From an uncultured Candidatus Micrarchaeota archaeon (GTDB lineage: Archaea > Micrarchaeota > Micrarchaeia > Norongarragalinales > CAINOH01): 64,000 nucleotides of DNA. A program made the translations under genes and the position numbers. The stretch covers positions 261,784 to 325,783 of the forward strand of contig CAINOH010000009.1 of the NCBI GenBank assembly GCA_903851445.1. The letters are read 5' to 3'. The notes under the pieces were generated by a model. That model worked only from the letters and a program-made list of their open reading frames with translations, made no database searches and had not been told where the DNA came from. Positions 27,659-37,409 of this stretch are shown here, piece after piece; position 1 is the first letter of the stretch; each line of letters starts with the position of its first letter.

Positions 27659-28906
27659 ATGACTTCTTTCTCCGGGTTCTACAAATTATCACGAAAGGAA
27701 CGGCTTGCAAAAATAAAGGAATTCGCCGGCCTTTCAGACGATGAAATCAAGACCCTCGAATCAGCAGATGCCCTTGGCTTTGAGACCGCTGACAGGATGG
27801 TCGAGAATGCAATCGGGACCTTCCAGCTTCCCCTCGGAGTCGCGGTCAATTTCGTAATCAACGGCCAGGAGAAGGTGGTCCCGATGGCCACCGAGGAGCC
27901 GTCGGTGATTGCTGCTGCAAGCAACGGCGCAAAGCTCGCGCTTCCCGAAGGGTTCAAGACAGGCTCAACTGATCCGATTATGATTGGCCAAATCCAGCTT
28001 GTCAACGTGCCTGACGCAAGGAAGTCGGCAAAGGAAATCATCGCCAAGAAGGGTGAAATCATCAAGCTTGCAAACAGGCCCGACGCGCCGATGGTCAAGT
28101 ACGGCGGCGGGGTAAAGGACCTTGAATGCAAGGAGTATGACACCCCGCGCGGGAAGATGCTCGTGGTTTATCTTTTCATCGACTGCCGCGACGCGATGGG
28201 AGCGAACGCGGTGAATACTTTTTGCGAGATGCTTGCCCCGGAATTTGAGAAGCTTACCGGAGCGAAGGCCCGCTTGCGCATACTCTCAAACTTCGCCACC
28301 CAGAGAGTCGCAAGGGCAAGGGCAGTCTGGAAAAAGGAAGTAATCGGCGAGGATGCAATCGAAGGGATACTGGACGCCTACGAATTCGCCGCAGCGGATG
28401 CCTACCGCGCTGCAACCCACAACAAGGGCGTGATGAATGGCGTTGACGCTGTTGTGATTGCAACCGGGAACGACTGGCGCGCAGTCGAGGCTGGCGCGCA
28501 CGCTTACGCTTCAATGAGCGGCCGGTGCCTGCCGCTTACAAGATACAAGAAGACCAGGCAAGGAGACTTGGAAGGCGAAATCGAGCTCCCGATGGCAGTT
28601 GGCCTTGTTGGCGGCGCAACAAAGACGCACCCAGTTGCAAAGCTCGCTGTCAAGATGCTTGGCGTAAAGTCAGCAGGCGAGCTTTCGCAGGTCATCGCCG
28701 CAGTCGGGCTTTCACAGAACTTTGCCGCACTCAAGGCGCTCTCAACAGAGGGAATCCAGCGGGGGCATATGGAGCTTCACGCGCGTAACGTGGCCGTTGC
28801 AGCAGGCGCGAAGGGAAAGCAGGTTGACGAGATTGCCGAGAAGATGATTGGCGAGAAGAACATAAGGCAGGAAAGGGCAACCGAGCTTTTGGGAAAGAAG
28901 AACTGA
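27659..28906 (+). CDS. hmgA: HMG-CoA reductase, class II
   Basis: ENAIG, PMATEEPSVIAA, DAMGAN, THNKG.MNG, NDWRAVEAG, GIQRGHM. Confidence 0.95.
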   Translation: MTSFSGFYKLSRKERLAKIKEFAGLSDDEIKTLESADALGFETADRMVENAIGTFQLPLGVAVNFVINGQEKVVPMATEEPSVIAAASNGAKLALPEGFKTGSTDPIMIGQIQLVNVPDARKSAKEIIAKKGEIIKLANRPDAPMVKYGGGVKDLECKEYDTPRGKMLVVYLFIDCRDAMGANAVNTFCEMLAPEFEKLTGAKARLRILSNFATQRVARARAVWKKEVIGEDAIEGILDAYEFAAADAYRAATHNKGVMNGVDAVVIATGNDWRAVEAGAHAYASMSGRCLPLTRYKKTRQGDLEGEIELPMAVGLVGGATKTHPVAKLAVKMLGVKSAGELSQVIAAVGLSQNFAALKALSTEGIQRGHMELHARNVAVAAGAKGKQVDEIAEKMIGEKNIRQERATELLGKKN

Positions 28907-28954
28907 TTTGAAAAAAGCAAGAGAAAGACTGGCGCCGAATACTGAACTACCCAA

Positions 28955-29989
28955 TCAGAAGTTCATGAATATCCCACTGGTCACGCTGGTGGCCACCTGG
29001 AAGACGATTATGGACCCTATTGCCAGCAGTGGGAAGTACTTGATGCCGTAGAGGATTTTTCCGCGCGAGATCACGCCCATCAGGACGGATGCGAAGAACG
29101 CGGTGCCAACGAGTGTCAGGTAGGTTATGAAGATGGCGTAATCGGAGTTGATGGTCACCTTGCCGGAAAAGAACGGCAGCGAGTAGCCCTGGATTGCCTC
29201 ACCGGAAAACTGGCCCTTTATGCCGGAGTATATGTTCAGAAACTGCGCGGAGACCGCAAGCAGGCAGGGGCTGACTATGAGTATGATGAAGAACAGGAAT
29301 ATGGTGTACGAGCGGGTTGACGTGATGAGGTCGGCCTTCAGCTCCTGGTTCCTCCGCACCTCCTCCGAGATTGCAGTGAGCAGCTCGGCAAGCTGGCCTC
29401 CCGATCGCACGCTCTTTTCAAAGAGCGCGATGGTGCGCTCAAGTATGTCCGAGTCAATCCTGTCCGAGATTGAGTTCAGCGCCTCGGCAAGCGACTGGCT
29501 TGACCCGGCCTTCACTGCCGCAATCTGAATCTCCTTCTCAAGGGGCCCGAGCTCGGATGTTGCGGAGCGGCGGAAGGCGTTGAACGGGGTCATTCCTGCG
29601 CGCAGGTTGGCCGCAATCATCAGCAAAAACTCGGGCAGCACGTGTTCGACCTGCTCCGCCCGCGAGACTATGGCATAGTAGATTATCAGGTAGAACGCGG
29701 TAAGTCCTATTGCCGTGCCTATGAAGAAGAACCAGATGCACAGCACGCCGACAAGAGCCGGCGAGAAAGCGCCGAAGTCGATTATCGAAAGCTTCAGGTC
29801 AAAAAGGTAGAACGCGAACGGGAGGATGAAGAACAGGATGCCGACGATTACGGAATAGATTACGCGTTTTCCAAGCCAGCGCGAAGCGTCCTCCGAACCG
29901 CCGGCCTTGTTTATCTTGTCCTGCAGTACGTTGCGCTGCTTTAATGGCAGGAACTCGCCTATGCGCCTGTAAAACGAACCTAGCTTCAT
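28955..29989 (-). CDS. Type II secretion system F / TadC-like pilus platform protein
   Basis: LPEFLLMIAANLRAGMTP..A, LGPLEKEI, KSVRSGGQLAELL, plus TM segments. Confidence 0.88.
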   Translation of the reverse strand: MKLGSFYRRIGEFLPLKQRNVLQDKINKAGGSEDASRWLGKRVIYSVIVGILFFILPFAFYLFDLKLSIIDFGAFSPALVGVLCIWFFFIGTAIGLTAFYLIIYYAIVSRAEQVEHVLPEFLLMIAANLRAGMTPFNAFRRSATSELGPLEKEIQIAAVKAGSSQSLAEALNSISDRIDSDILERTIALFEKSVRSGGQLAELLTAISEEVRRNQELKADLITSTRSYTIFLFFIILIVSPCLLAVSAQFLNIYSGIKGQFSGEAIQGYSLPFFSGKVTINSDYAIFITYLTLVGTAFFASVLMGVISRGKILYGIKYFPLLAIGSIIVFQVATSVTSGIFMNF

Positions 29990-30870
29990 ACTGCTGGCCT
30001 CGAGGAATTGATGTAACCGATAAGGCCTATCTGGCCCAAGAGCGTACCGAAGAGGATGACGAGATACGCCTCCTGGCCCAGGCCGATGCCTGAGAACGTC
30101 GAAAGGAGGATGAGGAACGTCATGCCAATGGACGGGATTGCGGCTGCCACGAGCATGTACATGAGCATAAGGAAGTTCAGGCTTGCAGAGAACTCCTTGA
30201 CGACCTGCCGGCGGTCCACCATCAGGTTGTCCACAATCTTCTTGAGCGTGTCGTTGAGCGGCGCACCCGAGTCGAGCGCGGTAAGGAGCTGCCAGACTAT
30301 TTTTTTCATGTATTCGCTCCGGCTGCGCAGGGCCATGCGCTCAAGCGCCTTCTTTTCGGTAACTCCGTTGTTGATGTCGCGGACCGTGACCGCAAAGGCG
30401 CGAGATGCATAGCCGTAGTTGCCCTGCGCCACGTTGAGCATGGCGTTGTAGAGCGTGACCCCGGACTCTATCTGCAGCGAGAGCTCGCGCAGGGCGAACA
30501 CGAGCTCGTTGTCGGTCATCTGGGCGATTTTCCGCAACTGTATGGTCGGGTAGTAAAGGTAGAACGCAAGGGCAGAGGCGAAGGCGAGCGCGAACATCCC
30601 GCCAATGAAAAGCGGGCCAAGCTGTGCGCCCACCAGCGTTATGCAGAAGAACATGAACCCGAGGAAGAACCCGATTATCCCCGCGGACACCAGCGCTGCC
30701 GCGATGTAGTCCTCGGGGTCGAAGGCCTCGAAAAGCTGCACGAGGTCGTTGCGCACGCCCGGAACGAGCATGAGCATGTTGGATGCTATGTTGTGCATCT
30801 TGTGCGAGAAGCCGCGCCGCGGCTGTATCAGCAAGAAAGGTATGCGCGCCTGCTTGACCTGCTGTATCAT
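29986..30870 (-). CDS. Type II secretion system F / TadB-like pilus platform protein
   Basis: ELVFALREL..QIESGVTL, NYGYAS..F, WQLLTALDSGAPL. Start set at ATG 30870, just after the ATPase stop. Confidence 0.88.
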   Translation of the reverse strand: MIQQVKQARIPFLLIQPRRGFSHKMHNIASNMLMLVPGVRNDLVQLFEAFDPEDYIAAALVSAGIIGFFLGFMFFCITLVGAQLGPLFIGGMFALAFASALAFYLYYPTIQLRKIAQMTDNELVFALRELSLQIESGVTLYNAMLNVAQGNYGYASRAFAVTVRDINNGVTEKKALERMALRSRSEYMKKIVWQLLTALDSGAPLNDTLKKIVDNLMVDRRQVVKEFSASLNFLMLMYMLVAAAIPSIGMTFLILLSTFSGIGLGQEAYLVILFGTLLGQIGLIGYINSSRPAV

Positions 30871-30875
30871 GCGCC

Positions 30876-32600
30876 TCAGACCTTCTCCGGCGAGACATTC
30901 TTCTCGACCGCGTCTATTATCGCCGCCTCGTCCGCGTAGTAGGCCTTCATTACGGCGCCGACCTTGTCCGCGCTGTTCCACTTCCATTCGTTCATCCACT
31001 CGAGGATGGCGGCCTTGTTCTGCTGGTCCTCGATTATCTCGCGCTCGATGAGGCCGGTGTGCATGTTCATGTAGTCGTAGTAGCGCGAGGGCGCCTTGAC
31101 GAACTCGTACTCGTCCGAGCGCGGCCTCCACAGGTACACGTGGTTCAGGTCGGGCATCCCGTCAGTCGGGACGACTTCGGAAATCTCGAGCGTGCGGCGG
31201 ATGTTCTTGCGCCTGTCGCGGTACTGCATCACGATCAGGTTGATGGCCTCGAGCTCGTTCTCGGGAATCTCGATCGGCGGGTGCGTCAGGCGGTTGATTA
31301 GCTGCACGCCGGTATCCGCGTGCACGGTAGACAGCACCGAGTGGCCGGTGTGCATCGCCTCGAACAGCACTTCCGCCTCCGCTTTCCTGCGGATTTCTCC
31401 GAGTATTATGCGGTCGGGCCGCATGCGCAGCGCGTTAATCATGAGGTCAAGCGTGGTGACCTCTCCTTTTCCTTCCTGGTTTGCCGAGCGGGAGATTAGC
31501 GGAATCCAGTTCCACTCGTACTTTGCCGGCATCAACTCGCGCGTGTCCTCAATGGTGACCACGCGCTGGTGGGGTTGGATGAGGGAAAACAGCGCGTTGA
31601 GCATGCTGGTCTTGCCGCTTGCAGTCCCGCCGCCTATTAGCACGTTGAACTCGTAGTGCACTGCCTGCCATATGAGCGCGGCCATCTCAGGCGAGAGCGT
31701 CTTGTTTGCGCCATACGTCAGGTTCACTATTGTCCACGGATCGCGCGAGAACTTGCGGATGGTGAGCGTGTTCCCGGCAGACGACACAGGCATCAGCGTG
31801 GCGTTCACACGGTCGCCGGTGTCAAGCTGGGCGTCCAGGAGCGGGAAGAGGATGCTGACCTGCTTTCCAGCTCGCCGGCTGATAAGCGACGCGATGTTGG
31901 AGACGTCCTCGTCGGTCCCGACGAAGAGGTTGGTGTGCATCCAGCCGTACTTTCGGTGGTACACGCCGATGGGCTCCTCGCCCTTGTTGATTATGATTTC
32001 CTCAGTATTGGCATCCTGCATGAGCACGTCAATGTCTCCAAGGCCGTACATCGAGCGCGTGATGATTCCCGCAAGCACCGGAAGGTCATTGTCTTGTGGC
32101 GCAAGCTCCGCCTTGATCTTTGCGCTTACCATCGCGTACTTCTCCGCGGGCGTCTGGCCCTTCTTGGAGCCGAAGGCGCCTTGCGCGTCAGCCGGCGCCT
32201 CCTTCGCTATCTCATCCTGAAGGTATGAAAAATATATCCGGCTGTAGGGGCTGACCGATGGCACGTCAATGTGGTACACCGGCCTGCGGGAGAAGTCGTC
32301 GAAGAAGACCTTGACCGTGGTGACCAGGTTGCCTTCCTCGGACTTTATCTGGTAGGAGTCCACCATGTCGGAGGTAGGTTTGGGGATTGCGCGCTCGGTA
32401 AGCTCGGTCTTGAGGGTGACAACCGGGTCTTCTGCGATGTTGAGCGGGTAGTACAGGTCCACTACGGAATGGGCTTCGAGCAGCTTCACTATTCGGTCAA
32501 CGGCATCTGCAGACCAGTCTAGCCGCTTTGCCGCCTCGCCTACTGTAAGGTCGCCCAGCTTGATGAGGTCGATAAGGTCGTCAATCTTGGTCCGGATCAT
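30876..32600 (-). CDS. Type IV pilus / TadA-VirB11-family assembly ATPase with N-terminal HTH-like domain
   Basis: GGTASGKT Walker A, IEDTRE, ALRMRPDRIILGEIR, AMHTGHSVLSTVHA. Confidence 0.93.
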   Translation of the reverse strand: MIRTKIDDLIDLIKLGDLTVGEAAKRLDWSADAVDRIVKLLEAHSVVDLYYPLNIAEDPVVTLKTELTERAIPKPTSDMVDSYQIKSEEGNLVTTVKVFFDDFSRRPVYHIDVPSVSPYSRIYFSYLQDEIAKEAPADAQGAFGSKKGQTPAEKYAMVSAKIKAELAPQDNDLPVLAGIITRSMYGLGDIDVLMQDANTEEIIINKGEEPIGVYHRKYGWMHTNLFVGTDEDVSNIASLISRRAGKQVSILFPLLDAQLDTGDRVNATLMPVSSAGNTLTIRKFSRDPWTIVNLTYGANKTLSPEMAALIWQAVHYEFNVLIGGGTASGKTSMLNALFSLIQPHQRVVTIEDTRELMPAKYEWNWIPLISRSANQEGKGEVTTLDLMINALRMRPDRIILGEIRRKAEAEVLFEAMHTGHSVLSTVHADTGVQLINRLTHPPIEIPENELEAINLIVMQYRDRRKNIRRTLEISEVVPTDGMPDLNHVYLWRPRSDEYEFVKAPSRYYDYMNMHTGLIEREIIEDQQNKAAILEWMNEWKWNSADKVGAVMKAYYADEAAIIDAVEKNVSPEKV

Positions 32601-32732
32601 AGCAGCACATTACCGTTGGGAAATAGAGGCCATTTCATTACTTTTCCGGGCTATTTCATTGTTTAGGTTGTTAAGGGGGCGGCCCGATAAATCAGCAAAC
32701 AGGCCGGTGGCTGTCGGCGTTGCTGCCTGCGT

Positions 32733-34259
32733 CTAAATCATGTCGAGGATTATCTTCTCGATTTCAATGACCGGGTACTGGTCGATGCGCGAGCACACGT
32801 ATGATAGCGCGCGGGGGGATGACGAGTACGCCTCGAAGAGGGCGTCGCCCTTCCTGATGCGCTGCTCCTTGCGCACCTTGAGGATTATGCCCGCCTTCTT
32901 GTCCGACGGCGCGCCAAGGGCGCGGCAGAGCCGGAAGATGGCCTTGTTGTCAATGTGGCCCACCTTGCCGCTTGAGCTTGACCTGATGCAGGTCTTTTCC
33001 TTGGAAAGCTGGATTTGCGATGCCTTCACGTCCGGGTTGCCGCCCTGTGCTCCGATAATCTCGCGGAACTTCTCCTCGGCCTTTCCGGACTCGAGCTGCT
33101 TTCGCGCAAGGCCATAGGCCTTGTCCTTGTCCATCTTCTTTGCCATCTGCAGGATGACCGAGCTCATTATCACTGCCTTCTCGGCAAGCTGGGCGTTTGA
33201 CTTTCCGCCATCGGCAAGCGTTTCAAGAATGGCCCTGGCCTCGAGGCTGGGGCCTATTGAGTTCATGGCCGGCTCGGAGCCGTCGGTGATTATGCAGTTG
33301 AGGCTCATGCCAAGCCGCGATGAGAGCATCTTGAAGCTGTTCGCAAGCGAGTTCGCTTCCTTCAGGTCGTCAATCTTGCTCCCGCGGCCAACAGGGATGT
33401 CCAACAGGACGTGCTTTGCGCCTTCGGCCTTCTTCTTTGCAAGGATGCTTGACAGGAGCAGGCCCGAAGGGTCGAGCCGCAGCGGGTGGCGCACCTGGAT
33501 GAGCTTGTCGTCGGCAATGGCGATGTTGACCCCGCCGCCCCACGCGAGCGCGCCGCCGGTCTTTTTCGCCACGTTCTCCACCTGCTGGCGCGAAAGGTTG
33601 ACGGGTGCAAGGACCTCCATCGCATCAGCGGTTCCGCTTGCCGAGCTGATGGCGCGCGAGGCGGTCTTTGGTATGGTGATTCCGCACGAGGCGATTATTG
33701 GCACGATCAGCATGGATACGCGGTCTCCCGCAACCCCGCCGATGCTGTGCTCGCTTGCGACAACAGAGCTCTTTGGAAAATGCATCGTTTCGCCCGAGCG
33801 CACCATGGCCCTGGTAAGGCCGACGATTTCATCAGGGGTGAGGCCGCGGATGTATACCGCAGTTATGAATGCCGAAAGTTCGGCTATTGAGAAGTTCTCG
33901 ACCATCAGGTCGTCGATTATCTGGCCGATTTCGGGTTCGGTGAGGCTGATTCCGTCAAGTTTCTTGCGGATGTAATCAAGGCTCTGCGGCCGCTGGGCCT
34001 TCTCCACGCAAACTTGCTTGCCCTCGCACTTTCCGAGCTTGGAGGACACGTCCGCAAAGAGGCTGATTTCGCCGGTGCCGACATACTTGTCCGAATAGTC
34101 TGCGAGCGCGAGCACCTTTTTCCTCCCGTAGGAGATGAGTATGCGGTCGCCCTTCTCGATGTTGAGCTTGCGCGCAGTCTCGTCATTGAGCACCGCAACG
34201 TTAATCCCGGCCTCCACGTCGAAGCAGCGGGCCTTGTAAGTGTTGATGCAGGCAGGCAT
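32733..34259 (-). CDS. deoA: AMP phosphorylase (thymidine phosphorylase family)
   Basis: N-terminal double-psi barrel, HSIGGVAG, PKTASRAISSASGTADAME, IDIPVG-like LLDIPVG, IGPSLEA, APSDKKAG. Confidence 0.92.
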   Translation of the reverse strand: MPACINTYKARCFDVEAGINVAVLNDETARKLNIEKGDRILISYGRKKVLALADYSDKYVGTGEISLFADVSSKLGKCEGKQVCVEKAQRPQSLDYIRKKLDGISLTEPEIGQIIDDLMVENFSIAELSAFITAVYIRGLTPDEIVGLTRAMVRSGETMHFPKSSVVASEHSIGGVAGDRVSMLIVPIIASCGITIPKTASRAISSASGTADAMEVLAPVNLSRQQVENVAKKTGGALAWGGGVNIAIADDKLIQVRHPLRLDPSGLLLSSILAKKKAEGAKHVLLDIPVGRGSKIDDLKEANSLANSFKMLSSRLGMSLNCIITDGSEPAMNSIGPSLEARAILETLADGGKSNAQLAEKAVIMSSVILQMAKKMDKDKAYGLARKQLESGKAEEKFREIIGAQGGNPDVKASQIQLSKEKTCIRSSSSGKVGHIDNKAIFRLCRALGAPSDKKAGIILKVRKEQRIRKGDALFEAYSSSPRALSYVCSRIDQYPVIEIEKIILDMI

Positions 34260-34388
34260 TTTCCCAGACTCCGTTTTGCAAGCAGATTACTATGAGCGGG
34301 ATTAAAACGGTAATGCCGGCAGGCGCATTGGCGGGCCCGTCCGAATATCTGTCGCGCTTGAAGCGGTCACCAAGCTGCCCTTTGGCTT

Positions 34389-34766
34389 TTACTTGATGAC
34401 TTCCTCGATTGTCAGCCCGAACGCGGCATCTTCTGCCCGTAGCGTGTAGTTCTTCTCGCACTTTTGGAACATGGAAAGCGGCACGAACACTGGTTGCTTT
34501 CTGTTGTGCTTCCAGGCAACAAAGACCGGCATCCCGGTCACACGCTCCCAGTCCATCATCCGCTCCATCTTGGGCACCCCGATGGCCAGGTACGCGGATT
34601 CTATTGCCTTGCACTCTATTGCAAATTTCCTGGTGGTGCTTAATACGATCAGGTCCGGCGAGAGGCCGTCAACCCCGCTTCCTGCTGTCCGCACCACGTA
34701 GAAGCCGCGGTCGTTGAGCTTGGCGCGAAGTGAGCGCTCGAATGCATATCCTTTGTTGTAGCCCAT
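34389..34766 (-). CDS. hjc: Holliday junction resolvase Hjc
   Basis: KG..FER.L, VVRTAGSG, PDLI, IECK (PD-(D/E)xK). Confidence 0.9.
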   Translation of the reverse strand: MGYNKGYAFERSLRAKLNDRGFYVVRTAGSGVDGLSPDLIVLSTTRKFAIECKAIESAYLAIGVPKMERMMDWERVTGMPVFVAWKHNRKQPVFVPLSMFQKCEKNYTLRAEDAAFGLTIEEVIK

Positions 34767-34938
34767 GGAAGAAGTTCCGTGGTCGGATTATCAAGCTTTG
34801 CGCAAGGTCATTTCCGGTTTAGAGTCGTTGTATTTTTCCTCCCAAACCAAGCACTTTGTCGTCAATCGCCGTATTTTCAGCCTCTGGGGCTTAAATTTCT
34901 CCAACCGATTATATACCCTCCCGTGCATAATTTGTTCA

Positions 34939-35379
34939 ATGGACACAGGGATCAAAGTAGGAGACTGCATGAAGGCTCTACTGGTCACCATAAGTTATAA
35001 TGATACCGTCGAGAAGGCGGCCAAGCTCATGAAAAAGCACGATCTTGGCAGCGTCCTTGTTGCCGATGGCAGGAACATCGAGGCCATCGTCACCGAGGGA
35101 GACATAGTCCGGAACGCCGTTGCGAAAGGCAGGCTAGACATTCCCATAAGGAAGGTCGCAAGCAGGCCGCTTCTGTGCATCCGGGCTGACAAGGACCTTG
35201 TCGAGGCCGCAAAGGCCCTGGCAAGGAACAACATTAGGCGGTTGGCAGTAGTAGACAGTGCAGGGAAAGTCGTCGGGATGATATCCGAAAGGGATATCCT
35301 CAAAATCTCTCCAGCTTTATATGACCTGATTGCGGAACGCGAGCACCTTTCCGAGGAACAGAAACCCTCGTTGCGGTAA
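34939..35379 (+). CDS. CBS-pair domain protein
   Basis: KVGDCM, AAKLM..HDLGS, GIVT-like AIVTEGD, IRRLAVVD, GMISERD. Start set at ATG 34939. Confidence 0.9.
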   Translation: MDTGIKVGDCMKALLVTISYNDTVEKAAKLMKKHDLGSVLVADGRNIEAIVTEGDIVRNAVAKGRLDIPIRKVASRPLLCIRADKDLVEAAKALARNNIRRLAVVDSAGKVVGMISERDILKISPALYDLIAEREHLSEEQKPSLR

Positions 35380-35401
35380 AAGCTCTCATTCTGTATTAAT
35401 G

Positions 35402-35641
35402 TCCGCATAGGAACCCGGCGCAACCGCGAGGCTTGTAATCACACGATTTGCCTCTAATGGATAGGATAGTCCAGCGGAGCCGAAAAGCGCGTTTATTTTC
35501 GCCAGGAGGCTAAAGCATACTCCCTGCGCGACGGATGGCGCTGGCAGCAGCCCGGTCAACCCGTCTCCTGCAAGAAGGGCCCGGGAAGCGATGACCCAGA
35601 TGCCGACTATCGCGCTAGGGGGCTAAAGCGCCTTCCTGGCG
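35402..35641. ncRNA. Unclassified structured RNA candidate (two stem-loop domains)
   Basis: Nested complementarity. Domain 2: CGCCAGGA 35500/TCCTGGCG 35634, CCCT-GCGCGA 35522/TCGCGC-T-AGGG 35610, GGCA/TGCC, GGTCA/TGACC. Domain 1: TCCGC 35402/GCGGA 35474, GAGGC/GCCTC, AATC/GATT. No family-diagnostic motif matched. Confidence 0.35.
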
Positions 35642-35748
35642 TTTTCGCTAAAAACACAAACGGTTCCAAAGGAAGTCCGAAGGAAAATCGCAATCCAAGA
35701 CTCGCAAAGCAACCAAAAATATTACAACAAAGGAGTTGAGTTTTGCAT

Positions 35749-37215
35749 ATGGGCAAGACATATCTTGATACAGTAAAATACATGATCCGTTCGACCATCG
35801 AAGTCGACGGGATAGTCGAAAAGCCAGACCTAGTTGGCGCAGTATTCGGCCAGACCGAGGGGCTGCTCGGCGACGACCTTGACCTGCGCGAGCTGCAGAA
35901 GAACGGCCGAATCGGCAGGATAGAGGTCGACCTGCACAACAAGCAGGGAAAGAGCGAAGGCACGATAATGGTGCCTTCAAGCCTTGACATGGTCGAGACT
36001 TCAATCCTTGCGGCAGCTCTTGAGATTGTTGACCGCGTTGGTCCGTGCGAGGCGCGCATCACAGTAAACCGCATCGAGGACATCCGCAACGTCAAGCGCA
36101 AGAAGGTGCTTGACCGCGCGCGCAACCTGCTCCGCTCGCTGCTTACCGAGGAAATCCCGGAAAGCAAGGAGCTCACCGAGCTAGTCCGCGAGGACGTCAA
36201 GGTCGACGAGATAACTACCTACGGAGCTGACAAGCTTCCGGCAGGACCCGATGTCGCGAACGCGAACGAGATCATCTTCGTGGAAGGCCGAGCTGACGTG
36301 GTGAACCTTCTTCGCAACAGCATAAGCAACGCAGTTGCAATAGGCGGCGCGAACGTCGGGCCCACGATAATCAAGCTGGGCAAGGAGAAGGAGGTCACGG
36401 TGTTCCTTGACGGGGACCGCGGCGGGGACATCATCCTCAAGGAGCTGATGGCGCAGACAGACATAGACTTTGTCGCGCGCGCGCCAGCAGGAAAGGAAGT
36501 CGAAGAGCTCACGCGCAAGGAACTCATCAAGTGCCTGCGCCGCCGCGTGCCAACGGACCAGGCCGAGGCGGGCTCGTACAACAAACCTGACCGCGACGAC
36601 GACGACTCGACGCCTAACATGCACGCGTACGACCGCTCAAAGCACATGGCGTTCCAGCAGGACCGCTCAAGGCCCGAGCGGGCACCAACACCGCAGGACC
36701 GCAGCGGCTCCGAGCGCGGCCAATACGGCCAGCGGCCGGCAAGGCCGATGGACCAGAGGCCGGCATTCGACTCGCCGCGGCCATCGTTCGAGCAGAGGCA
36801 AAGCACGCAGCCCGCACAACCGTTCGAGCAGCAGGCAAACGGGATCGTGAACGCCGAGTCTTCGCCGTCCGACAGCCAGCCCGCCACCGGATTCGGGCAG
36901 AAGGCCGAGGAGCCAGCAGCACCCACATCGCCCGAGGATGCGAAGGCGCGTGCAGTGCTCAAGGAGCTTGAAGGCTCGCTCAAGGCAAGGCTCCTGGACT
37001 CCGAGTTCAACACCACTGCAGAGATTCCCATCCGCGAGATAATGAAGGCCCTCTCGGACGCACACGGTGTCCGCGCGATAGTGCTTGATGGTATCATCAC
37101 CCAGCGCCTCGTCGACCTTGCTGAGCAGAAGGGAGCAGAGTTCGTGGTGGGCGTGCGCGCAGGCAACATCTCGCGCAAGCCGCAGAACGTGAACATCGTC
37201 CTGGCGAACCCGTAA
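35749..37215 (+). CDS. dnaG: Archaeal DnaG (TOPRIM; exosome-associated) with long disordered insertion
   Basis: DGIVEKPDLVGAVFGQTEGLLG, IFVEGRADV.NL, DGDRGG, GIITQRL.D. Confidence 0.96.
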   Translation: MGKTYLDTVKYMIRSTIEVDGIVEKPDLVGAVFGQTEGLLGDDLDLRELQKNGRIGRIEVDLHNKQGKSEGTIMVPSSLDMVETSILAAALEIVDRVGPCEARITVNRIEDIRNVKRKKVLDRARNLLRSLLTEEIPESKELTELVREDVKVDEITTYGADKLPAGPDVANANEIIFVEGRADVVNLLRNSISNAVAIGGANVGPTIIKLGKEKEVTVFLDGDRGGDIILKELMAQTDIDFVARAPAGKEVEELTRKELIKCLRRRVPTDQAEAGSYNKPDRDDDDSTPNMHAYDRSKHMAFQQDRSRPERAPTPQDRSGSERGQYGQRPARPMDQRPAFDSPRPSFEQRQSTQPAQPFEQQANGIVNAESSPSDSQPATGFGQKAEEPAAPTSPEDAKARAVLKELEGSLKARLLDSEFNTTAEIPIREIMKALSDAHGVRAIVLDGIITQRLVDLAEQKGAEFVVGVRAGNISRKPQNVNIVLANP

Positions 37216-37229
37216 GGTTTTGGAGAATT

Positions 37230-37350
37230 TAGGCGGTTTTCCGTTTTCATCCTTTTTTTATTTCTTCTTTTTTTGTTTAAATCTCAAGTCTTTCTTCTTC
37301 TCTTTTTCCAATCGTTTAAGAAACTTTTTCAATCCTTTTTTCAATTCATC
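37230..37350 (+). terminator. T-rich tract after dnaG (candidate terminator)
   Basis: Extended poly-T/pyrimidine runs downstream of the stop. Confidence 0.4.
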
Positions 37351-37409
37351 TGTCCTCTAGAAGTCGCTGTTTTTTTAACTCCGTCCGGTTAATTGCTCCG
37401 GTGGGTTTT

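Noticed and set aside
35455-35625. Assignment of the structured element as RNase P RNA, 5S rRNA or a group I intron
   Set aside because: There is no room for P2/P3 and P4 pairs incompletely; the 5S loop C motif CCGAAC is missing; the R- and S-like elements are in the wrong order.
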